Part shown: positions 14,284 to 24,980 of the stretch, in pieces
How the letters are laid out: each line of letters starts with the position of its first letter
How positions within the stretch are numbered: the stretch's first letter is position 1
NCBI GenBank assembly: GCA_036172245.1
Contig: JAYWIR010000033.1
Location: 1,488,001-1,552,000 of the forward strand
Length of the DNA: 64,000 bases
Origin: Raillietiella orientalis
Taxonomy: Eukaryota
Direction: 5' to 3'
Notes under the pieces: generated by a model
What the model saw: the letters and a program-made list of their open reading frames with translations, nothing else
What the model was told of the DNA's origin: nothing
The model's database searches: none
Position numbers and translations under genes: made by a program

Positions 14284-14471
14284 AGTGGAAATTTTCCTTC
14301 AAAAAGTTAGATATGTTGACTACAGTATTTTGGTGTTATGTGCCTGTTCTTTGATTTTTCTGCATGTTTATTTGAAGTTTATTCAAACCGCTGCTTGAAA
14401 CGCTTCATTCATTATATATATTTCTGCTCTCTAAATTCTTTTTTTATTTTGTGTGCTGTGCGAAATGATCA
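14284..14471 (+). repeat. 188-bp direct repeat, copy 1
   Basis: agtggaaattttccttcaaaaagttagatatgttgactac...gtgtgctgtgcgaaatgatca is nearly identical to 15665-15852, with a few substitutions. Both copies give the same spurious ORF start MCLFFDFSA. Confidence 0.95.
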
Positions 14472-15106
14472 GTACATCTTACAAAAGTTTCCATTGAAAA
14501 GGAACAAAAATTCCTTCTTAATAACGTAACCAAATTTTTTTAATTCTCTCAAAAAAACTCAACAAAGGTGTACATTTTGTAAATCTGCTGTATCAATCCT
14601 GGATTAATATTGGTTTGTTATCTTAATTTACTTTCGTTGAATCACATTATGTTTGAATGAATATTGCCTCTGCTTTGTGTGATTAGTACACATGATTTAT
14701 TGGTCTCGATTTGTCACTACTTCTCAATAAGGATGCATTCACTGGGCAAAAGTTCTGCTATCGTGAAAAGTTTTTGAAGTTAGACTTCAACATGTATTCA
14801 TTAAAAACTGAAGTAGACAAATTGAATGCTGAATGATTTAAAGCAGTTTTATAATGTATTACATTTTAATACTTACAATTCATTTTTAGTTGAGTATTCC
14901 ATCACAAAACGATTTAATTTGAGTATACTAAGGGAGTATATAATTTAAAAGCAATCAAAATGAATTTATTTGTCATTTAGATTAATTGCTATAAAACTTT
15001 AATATTTGCGTTTTCGTCAGTGAAATCAATTTTTTTTCAACTATTTATTTTCTTTCAGAATTCTGAACTTGAATTTCTGTGGTGAAAGAACCTTATGAAT
15101 TTCAAG

Positions 15107-18100
15107 ATGTTTTGGGAATTAGATGCAGAACAGTGTAATCATGTAGAGGTACTTTTAGAAAGAAAAGTGAGTACTGGATTTTAATTTAACATATTACAGT
15201 GTTTTTTAAGGATGTCACTCTCACAGATATTCTTGGGGAAGATGATGTTGTTCAGGAATACAAAATCCAAAATCAAAAACTGATTGATTTGTAAGACATA
15301 TCAGCCATAGCATTAATTTTATAATTTGTTTTAAAGCTTGATTCAGTATGATCACATGAACCAGCTAGTAGAATTCCTCATTGCTGAATCTTCAAGTGAC
15401 CAAAATATCTTAAATTATAGAAATGCACAGATCGCCTGTGAATTGTTTACTTCAGACATGCCTGTACTCATGGATCAATTGCTTAATGAACCTGAGCTAC
15501 TTGAAAAACTGTATACATTCCTTGAAAAAGAAAAAATTTCAAATCCTCTTTTGGCATCATATTTTTGCCGGATTATGGGTTACTTTTGTACAAAACGGAC
15601 AAAGCAAGTTAGTAATGCTTCTTTCTTATTGAAATGTTATTTGATTTATTTTTAAATCATGTTGAGTGGAAATTTTCCTTCAAAAAGTTAGATATGTTGA
15701 CTACAGTATTTTGGTGTCATGTGCCTGTTCTTTGATTTTTCTGCACACTTATTTGAAGTTTATTCAAACCGCTGCTTGAAACGCTTCATTCATTGTATAT
15801 ATTTCTGCTCTCTAAATTCTTTTTTCATTTTGTGTGCTGTGCGAAATGATCATAGTTGGTTTATTGATTATTTGAAAAACTGCAAGTTCATAATAAAACT
15901 TCGTTCTTCATTCAATCATCTCAGTATGGGGTTGATTTTTTGTTGTTACTGCCTTTAGAACATTTGTTGAAGTATTGTAACTTAACTGCAGCATTTTGGA
16001 AGTAATGTATAACAAAACATGTAGTAAAAAACATAAATTTTGAGTACAATGTATAGGTGGAACCATACAGATTTTAATGGAATGATTCTAACAATTTAAA
16101 CGAGCGTTGATTTTCGGGTGACAAGTGCTTAAATTCATCTTAGTTAATCTGAAAGTTTAAGTCTAAAAGTCTTTGGAAAAGTGAAACCAGCCGAAAAATT
16201 AAAAAGTCTAAAAATGTTTTAAATAAGACCTAGTGTCATAGGCTTAGGAAATTTTTCATTTTTGTGATAGGAAACAAAATTGTATTCATTGTGTATTATA
16301 GCAGTTGAATTTTCAAATTTCTGTGTTTATGCTATGAAATTTAGATATCTGGTGGAAAAAAATTAAGAAAGATTGCAGATGAGAGAAACTACAGAAGATC
16401 AAACAGTAGTAATTAAGGAGGCTTGTAATTTTGAAATCCGCAGGAAACTATGAAAGGGGGGGAATTAACAAGTTTAAAATTATTCACTCTTTATAGAATA
16501 ATTTTTCGTTTCCAAAAAGTTGGCAATGGATTCATGTTATAGGCAGCTGAATTAAGTTAACAGAATGGAACCAGCTACACGAAAATAGACTTAGTCCTGT
16601 GCAATGAATGCAGTCCCATTGGGTATTTTAAGAGTTTGATGGTTTATGAATGATAACAGATATCTTTATGTTCATCTTGAACGTTTTCACATTTAATCAG
16701 AAATTTAAAGTTTTACCTGCTCGCTTAATTATTTAATTAAGTCTAGTTAAATAAAATGGAAATTGCTTGGTGGATTGATGCCTAATTTAGAATGCTGATG
16801 AATGTTTTGTTAGTTTTCAATATTATAATATTGATGGTAGTGTTCCATTATTCATGCTTGTACCAGAGATAGTTATTCGAGATTGATCCATATAAGAAGT
16901 ATACATTCCCTCTCAGATGCGTATACTGCCTCTGTTGATGCACTTATTCATACATTTCAAGATGTCAGTCATTTAAATTTTGAAGTGACTAACTGTTGTA
17001 TTTTTAGCAAGGATTTAATGAATTAAATAAGTGAAAGGCAAACAAAAGTAGGTTTGTTATTAATATATGCAGCCAAATCAAGCTGTAGTTCGTATATAAA
17101 CAAACTAATGGTGATAAGTTGATAACAAGCACATAATATTGAAGTGTCTTTCAGTAAATGAGGCTGATTTAATTGGCAAGAGCAATACATGCTAGAAACA
17201 GTAAACTTAAGCATAATACCGTCTGTGCATGTATAGTGATTTTGTTCCCTTATCAGTTTTTGCAGACGTTACTTTGATGTCACTAGTTCCTGAGTAAAAC
17301 AAATGGTAAAGCTGGAAAAGTGTTTTCATAACATTCCATGTTTTAAATGTGATTAGGATTGAAAGTGGGAATGCAAGTAAGATTAAATAATTATACGTAT
17401 GAATATTTGATGAGTATTTAAATTTAAAGAAGTTCACTGTGGCATGGTTGATTGTGACACAAAATAAGGTTGCATAGAACCCCAACTATGTGTGCATGCG
17501 TGTGATGGGATTAAGTATCATAAACATCAATTGTTCTTTTTACTGATTTAGCATTTTAAAAGAAGTTGATATCTAAAGGAAAATGCTTTATGATTAATGT
17601 GTTTATTCTGAAAAGTTACACTGATTCAGTTGCTAATTTGGATTAGTAAAGGAAGTATGCCTTTATTTAACGAAAGATATCAGTATTACTGAGTTACGAA
17701 ATTAAGATCTAGTCAGAGACCAGATTTTCGCGAATTCATCTCCTGTTAATCTTTCAGGATGAAAGTAGATACTGATAGTATGTAATAAGTTTGTTTATCA
17801 ATTACTTGTAACTTCTTGTGCCTTTACTTGAATTGGTGCAAAGCTTTTGCATTATACATATGGTTTATTTTGTTTTTGCATGCCATCATGGAATTCTTTC
17901 AATTCTATATGGCCAGTCAGTTCATGCACAGCTTTTTTGTCACTTTTTGATTTCATAATTCTATTACTTGTTAATGCCATGACATTTTAAAGCCTTACAT
18001 TCCGCATTTCGTAGTGTGTTCATCCTTTAGAAGAAATTCGAATATTTTTTGCTTTTTCAGTTTGTATGAATTGTGAAAGCCATAAATGTTTGGAATAATG

Positions 18101-21100
18101 ATTACTGTATGATGTTCCACAATAGGGTAAAGAAAGAACATGAGAGCGTACAATTAGCCAAATTTATTGGAAATTCAGTTTATAGTTTTCAGTATTTATA
18201 TTTTTAAGTACTGTGCATATTTTAGTTTGTATTCTCTTGAGCATGAGTAAATAACTAGATCTATTGATTTCGTAAAATTAGATGAAAAAATGATTTTCAA
18301 ATTAGATGGGGAAAAAAAAAAAAAAAAACGTGACTTTCAGCGGCTAAATTCGGAAAAAGTCTACTTGCTGCCATCGAAATAAAAATACAGATGAGGCACC
18401 ATTTGTCGGAAGGATATTTTCTGCACCTTTTGTGTGTAACTGATACACCACAAACAAATTTATGAAAGGGCCTTTTAAAATAGAGGATTTTGCAAAAGTG
18501 CACATGCCTTATGGAACCGAAAAAATTCCGATATCAAAAGTGTATGTGACTGTTGCAGAAGCTTTGCATTTTTACTAATTCTTACATATTTTAATAGCCA
18601 TTTCTTGTCTCACATTCCATTACCGACATGATAATTAGCTATTTAATTGGTAGGTGAATGAAAGATTGTATTGAGCAAAGCTGCCTTGTTTTATGGTTTT
18701 GAATTTAATGTTATAGTGAAAAATCTATACTGAATTTAAGGGACGAGAAGACCCTTTAAAACGAGTGTCTTAGAGAAATGGAAAGAGTGGTAGTAAGGTG
18801 AGATTTTGAAACGATGTTGTCTGGGGCGGATGATGAAGAATTTATCTTCATAGTTTGGTAATTTTATGTGAAATAATAGTGAACTTGAAACGAGGAAAAA
18901 GTTATCTAATGGATAACAGCGTAATTTTCACGGAGAGTTCTAATTGATGTGAAATTTTGCGATCTCGATGTTGAATTAGTTATCTATGGGATGAAGAAGG
19001 GGCAGTCTGTTTGACCGAAAATCCTACATGATTTGAGTTTAGATCGGCGTAAGCCAGATTGGTTCACATCTTTAAATGTTGGTGAGTTTTCTTAGTACGA
19101 AAGGATTGGAAAGCTGAAATATTTTTTAATCAAAGAAAAATTGTAAAATGTGTTGCTGGTTGTTCAGGGAGGATTTGAGATGTCAGTGGTGTTGCCTAGA
19201 TACACCTTCCGGTACATCCACTATGTCACGACTTGTCTAATCTTATATCAGAGCGAAGGGCGATTTGTATTCAATGATTATTACATTCAATTTACCTTTC
19301 TCAAACAAATTTACAATTAAATCCTATTTCAGTATAAAATTACATACGTACATCCAGATTTTAAATATTGTAGCTCTTTAATATTCTTTTTCATGCTGCG
19401 TCTTGATTAAAACTTTTAATTGCCCTTTATTAAGAAAATTAATTACTCCTAGATAGTCAAATCAACGATATACAAACACCAAAAAGGTAAGTTCCTCGCG
19501 GATTATCATTTACTAAGCAAACTCCCCTAATAATCCTCGTTACCGCCAATTCATATAAGTCTTCCTCCTCATTTTTTAATATCCAACTGCAATCAGCACA
19601 GTAACATAGGTTTTCCCTAACATACGTTGCATTTATTGCAACATTGTTTCTATCATATTCCGATTATATTCTTATTAACAAAAAACGGAACAGATTAAGC
19701 ATACACCGTTCCCGTTTTTAGCAGTTATTCCTGGTAGTAATAATGATTTTATAGTTACTAAGTGGTATATTTGATCCAACTGTTGCAACCCCAAGACTTT
19801 TGTTGACTATTTATTTATCTCTAGAATGAAACATGAATTTTTTAATTGAATTCTTAAAATGTATGCAGTTGGGTTTGTTTTAAAAAGGTTGCACATTAAA
19901 ATTACATCCAAGGTGTGTACTGTGCGTCTGCTATCCTTTTATAGTTATTTCGTTTCGATCTTAATTGCAGATGTTAGCGTTTCTCCTGAACAAAGAAGAT
20001 TTTTTGAAACTGTTGTTACATCACATAGAAGTATCATCTGTTGCAGAGTTGTTGCAACACCTTTTCACATGTACTGAATATCAGTCTCCTGATCACAAAG
20101 AAAACATATTGAAGGTATACCATTTGTTGCTGTTTGTTGGCTTAGATTCATTTATAGTTATGCAGTGGCTGTATGATGAAAAAGTGTTGTACCAACTGGT
20201 GAGCTGCATAGATCCCTCATGTTCTTCAGATTGTCAGAGTAATGCAGCGGAGGTTTTGTGTGGAGTAATCACCTGTATTCACTATGCTCTCTTTCGTTCA
20301 GCACTTGATCCTAGTGAGCAGCTAATACTGGCAACCTTGGAATCGTGAGCATACTGTTATGTTAATTCTGTTTGATGGTTTCGTTGATGCCCAGAGATGA
20401 ATTGCTAACGAGTCTCTTGGATCATATGTTGGCCCAACCACTCTCCACAAATTGCATAGTTAGTGGACTTGCTGTTTTCCAGGCACATCTAGAGTTCCTT
20501 CAGATCAGGTAACTCCATTGCCGACTTGCGCAGGACGAAATTCTGGGCGTGGTTTTTGTTAATAGCCAAAGTCAGTGTCCAGATTTGGATCAACCCCTTA
20601 CATATGAAGTTAACCTAAACAATCCTGAGAACGAGTCCTTGCGAGTTTCTGTAAGGAAAATCGCCTTGGTGCTCTTGCCACGCTTGCCTACAATACTAGC
20701 TCTTCTCCATGATCCTCCAGAGGTTTGCAGAGAGGTGAAATTGATAATATTGGGAATCCTGCTTAGAATAATGCACTACTGAACTATTCTGGATGGATGT
20801 CTGCTCCGTTTGGATCAACCAGATTGGCTATTATCAAACTCATTGCATCGTTGATTCTTGTAAATTCTACAAAAGTAAATAAGAAATTAGCCGAATTAAA
20901 AGTCCTCAGTCATATTTTGGTAAGAATGGCTGTAACTTGCATGTAGCACCATATGGCTTGTAGGATTTCTTTGCATGTCATCACTGGAACAATTTCTTGC
21001 ATCGACAAGTGGAAAACTGTATTGTTGGGGTGTTGTACGAGCAGCAGTTTGAGGACATCAATCCAAATCCCGATTCAGAAAAGTTTTCTGAAAAGTTTCC

Positions 21101-22418
21101 GCTCCTAGTAAGCCTGCTGTCACCCCAGGAATGTCATCTCCACTATCGGCTCATCAGCATGTGGAAAGAAAATCAAGATTTTGAAAGGGTTGGTGGAAGT
21201 CGAAGAGCATATATGGGTCATCTGTGTCGTATTGTGTCCTGCCTGAGTGTGCATAGTGTCGATGGTCCGAAGGCCAATTTGGTTACGTATTTTGAATCAA
21301 TTTTATCTGGCGAAGTTCAGTGCCAGTGGCAATTTTTGTGTGAAAAGGTGTACACGGTTTGTGCAGATAAGGTGTACTCGGCTTCTTTGGTGAGTCCACT
21401 CAGCGAGGCTACTTACACGCTCGTTTCAGAATGCGACTTTGGCGTCTTGTGCCGACACAAGAGACGATATGGAGTACGCCAGCAGGGAAGTATTTCAAGC
21501 GACTTCGTGGCAAAAGGTATCTATCTGTAAAATGTTAGGCGTGTGCCTCTCCGAGGATGAAGCATGCAAAAGGAATCATCTGTGATCCTGCGCTAGATAG
21601 TATCTGAAAAGATTTCACGCTTTGCTCTCAAGATTTTCCCATAAGCACGCTGATGCCATTTTTTTTTCCCCCCCTTTACCAATAGGTGGAACAGCTCAAT
21701 CACTTTCTGGATAACACCTTGGATTTCAAAGACCATCAGGATCAAGAAAACGGTTTGGTTAATTTTGAGCAAACGTTTCAAGATCAGATTGGACAAATTG
21801 AGGATATACCAACGTTTATGTGGGAGATGCAGGCGCCCGGTATGCAAGGAACTCTACAGGACACGTCATTCCAATCCGTGCGTCTTTCTCAAGAGGAGTC
21901 TGTGCATGACAGGAACAGTGGAGGTAACGCCAGAGGAGTTGGGACGATGCACCACTCCAAAATGGGAACCTCAGTTCACGTTGCTGACCCCTGGTGTGAT
22001 GCCATCCTGCACCCTACCCACAAAATGCAAGACTTTGAGAATCTCTTCGATCGTAATCCACCCTCGGCCTGGTTTTCGGAAAGCCATGATAGTGCGTCTC
22101 CATGCCCAGCTGATGTCATGAATGTGCCTGCATCTTTAAACGTCTCTGCTGACAGCGCCGAAGTTCGAGAAGCAACGCCCAAGGCGGAAATGCAAAAAGA
22201 GGAGGAGGAGTATTCGGAAATCAAGAGGTATTTTCCGCCGTTCGTTTCAGTGACGTCATTCCTGTCGGGTTTGTAGTTTCCTTTCGGAAGCGGTCGTTGA
22301 AACGGTGAAGTCGGAATCTTGTCTCAACACACCCAACAGGTCAGTATTTGAGGCAGGGAATCGCTACCAAGTTATCGCCTGCAGGGATTCGGCGGACGCA
22401 GAGAGTCATTCTACGTAG
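15107..22418 (+). CDS. PPP6R3: Serine/threonine-protein phosphatase 6 regulatory subunit (SAPS / SIT4-associated domain; PPP6R1-3 family), 13 coding exons
   Basis: In-frame GT-AG exons: 15107-15166, 15211-15290, 15337-15607, 19971-20114, 20166-20344, 20395-20508, 20566-20722, 20767-20919, 20964-21389, 21430-21516, 21686-22227, 22277-22339, 22385-22418 (TAG). The protein reads MFWELD..HVEVLLERKDVTLTDILGEDDVVQEYK.QNQKLIDFL..ACELFTSD..NPLLASYF..WLYDEK..SNAAEVLC..PFGSTRL..WNNFLH..RRAYMGHL, which matches PPP6R family motifs. The symbol is family-level. The last three exons are supported by splice phase rather than homology. Confidence 0.93.
15665..15852 (+). repeat. 188-bp direct repeat, copy 2 (in PPP6R intron 3)
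   Basis: Near-identical to 14284-14471. Confidence 0.95.
18630..19125 (+). pseudogene. rrnL: NUMT: 3' half of mitochondrial large-subunit rRNA (rrnL/16S)
   Basis: Conserved metazoan 16S motifs appear in order: ataattagctatttaattgg..atgaa (18631), GACGAGAAGACCCT (18742), CTGGGGCGG (18821), GGATAACAGCGTAAT (18911), GCGATCTCGATGTTGAATTA (18959), CTACATGATTTGAGTTTAGATCGG..AAGCCAGATTGGTT (19024), AGTACGAAAGGA (19094). It lies inside a nuclear intron. Confidence 0.93.
19195..19720 (-). pseudogene. rrnS: NUMT: mitochondrial small-subunit rRNA (rrnS/12S), inverted relative to rrnL
   Basis: The reverse complement gives 12S landmarks: AGACAAGTCGTGACATAGTGGATGTACCGGAAGGTGTATCTAG (3' end, 19197-19238), TACAAATCGCCCTTCGCTC, GTTTGTATATCGTTG, GATAATCCGCGAGGAACTTACC and TGGCGGT. 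The 5' boundary (19560-19720) is uncertain. Confidence 0.88.
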
Positions 22419-22525
22419 CTCTTCGTAATGACGCGTCAGCGTCAGCGCACTTGTGATACTCAGATCATCATAGGTCTTCTTTGACCTTTATCTGTGATCT
22501 TCCCTGAGATATCCTTATACAGAAA

Positions 22526-22560
22526 AATAAAACATAACAAATGGGCATTTTATAAATAAA
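22526..22560 (+). terminator. Polyadenylation signals of the PPP6R gene
   Basis: AATAAA at 22526 and 22555, about 110-140 nt after the TAG at 22416-22418. Confidence 0.65.
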
Positions 22561-23499
22561 AGGTTACTGCGAAACGATTTGCAATACATCTCGACCTCTC
22601 GAGCGGATGTCTGGATTGATGACAGTAACACCGAATGAATCAGAAGGTGTCCAATGAGATTCCCAGCAAACTAAATGTGTTTTAAGCTTGTCGGGACCTC
22701 TGCCACTTGTACCAAACAAGTGGCAGAGGTCGGCGGCATTCTTCCTAAAAAGGTCCATTACCCATATTCTGTCACCCGTTTTAATCTGATGTGACCCCGG
22801 TACGATGATTTCAATCTTTAGGTCCGAATACCGCGTTGGAAATGTACGCGGTGCATTTTGAGCGTGACTTTGAACTATCAGAAAGGAGTGAGACTGTCAC
22901 CAGAGTGGCCACGGGCTATTCGAACGGGTGAATTCAAAATGCGGTTCCGTAAGTCGGAATTCAGATTCCCCGTGGCAACACGTTCACGCTGCAGCGCCGT
23001 CAGCGAAGACAGCAGTGGGCACCGCCCCCAGCGTGACCTCGGAACGCGGCCAGGGTAACCTCGCGCATCGGGAACGGTGCCAGCGTGACCTTCTGTCGGC
23101 TGGACTTGCAAGCGTGCTGCTCGAAAATCAGCAAAGGCCGATGATTCGCTCATCAGGTCAAGTGTCCGTCTCTTGCGGCACCCCTAGGAGGGAAAAAGTG
23201 GGAAAAAGTTGAGGCCTTTTGCTTGCAAAGCTGTGGGAATGTGGCGCGGCTGTGTGCTTCTGAGGAGTCGCATTGAAATTCTCCGCGCTGCTTGCAGGCC
23301 CGAATCCTCCCTTCCTTCGCTGGGCGGAGTTGCGCTTTGCGCGGAAAGCACCCGAGGGCGATTCGTGCTGCGACAGAAGGAAGGGTGATTTTTTTTCATG
23401 AAATGAGATGGGAAGCTGCAGCCAGTGAGAGGTGGGCCGCGATGTAATGAATGTGCCTGCGTAATGGGAAGGTAAGGTGCTTCATCCGAAGATGACAAA

Positions 23500-24980
23500 A
23501 AGCGGCCAATTAAAAATCGTGCCCGTGCATGGGAATCAATCGTATCGATCATCAAACTGGGCGTGTCAAAGCAGCACACTGCAAGATCTTCCGCAGCAGC
23601 GAACTTCTCGGATAGTTTGGTCTTCAAATGGTTGCTTACCACACGCCCAGTAAGAGGTGGAAATAGCAACAGCTTGCATGTGTGGAACCTATCATGAAGA
23701 CCGTCACGATCGCGGTGCCTCTCGAACGAAAATTCCCCCTCGAAAACGATTCGGATGCTGCAGAGCGAGTGGTACATTGCGGCAGCTCCACTCGCCCAAC
23801 GCTCTGGGATCACAACCACCGACGTTCGGTCAAACGGAGGGCGCTTGACGGGCAAGCATTTTCCAGCTAAGCTGTCTGGAAAAGCTCGTTGTAGTGCAGA
23901 AGATTTCGTAGCGCTCTCCCGGGGGCAGCACAGACGCGCTACGGGGGTCCGGCGCGGAGAGGGTCGGAGGGCGTCTCTCGATTCCGTCGCGTTCCCGGCA
24001 ACGTCCGATTCCAGGCAGAAATCGCCTGCGGAAAAAAGTGGGGGCCCAAGCAGCACGTGAACCCGGAGTCTTCCCGAGGGGCGCCGAGGAGAAAACTGCA
24101 ACGAGCGGTCCCACCCACTATGGGCTCCGTGCGGATTTTTCCATGAATGTCTGAGTTCGTGAGGAGCGCTGTTTGGCTGCAGAAGAGATTTGGAAAAACA
24201 GAGCACTGCGCCATGAATCCAAAAGGACTTCTCGAAAACCTTCGAGTTTTGTGTGATGGCGGAAGTTGGCATTCCGAGATCGGTGGGCAACAGCAGATCT
24301 CGGGCACGCAAGGAAGGTTCCGGAACTTTTGGTATCCTCTCGTGAAGCTGGAATGGAGGCGAGAGCGTCAGGGAATCTGGACTCGTTGGTAAAATGCTTC
24401 GCCTGGTGAGGGAATGGCAAACGGTAAGCGCGGTGAGGTCATGACCTGTCTGGAGCAAGGTCACTTACGAGGAAACCATGCGGTATGGGGGAGTCCAGCG
24501 GGAAATCTTTTGCCGGTGGGCACGTGAAGTGAGCGCAAATGAAATGGGAGAAGGAACTGGTCGTATTGGTGGATACTGGAAGATCAAAATCCTAGGATTC
24601 GATGCTGTGGTCCTCAGAGAAAAAGTGGTGAAACTGCTGTCCTTCCGTATTTCATTCTTAACAATTTTATCAGGAATGAAATGCAAGGACTCTGTGTGAA
24701 AGGAAGGATCTTTGAAAAAGGAAGAAGCAGTTTCCCCTCTCGAGCTCTTGTGTTGAACTGGAAAGGTCATTCCGGATGGTTCTGGAAAGATTCATCGGGA
24801 GAGAAAGAGCGAAAGCCTTTTGAAAATTACCGAGGAGAACGGAGCTCGAGCAGACTGAACCCGTGTCCCGTGGGAAGCTCTGAAACACCCATGAGAGTGA
24901 ACTGCGACCCTCGCTGCATCCAAACCGGTTTCTTTCCCGGGAGGAGAAACCAATCTTAGAGGCACAGTTCACGAGAGGAA
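23500..24980 (+). mobile_element. Decayed L1/Tx1-like fragments (Zn-knuckle-like piece, then endonuclease end)
   Basis: CMCGTYHEDRHD..PTLWDHNHR (23670-23830) resembles the CCHC/TLW 3' region. ASGNLDS (~24370) and GRIGGYWKIKILG (~24560) resemble the APE RLD motif and the post-APE G.WKLN motif. Confidence 0.45.

Noticed and set aside
18630..19720. Functional rRNA genes or a mitochondrial contig
   Set aside because: rrnL is 5'-truncated, conserved motifs carry substitutions, and the block is embedded in an intron of an intact nuclear gene.
23184..24464. 426-aa minus-strand ORF
   Set aside because: No recognisable domain. It is antisense to LINE-like remnants on +.
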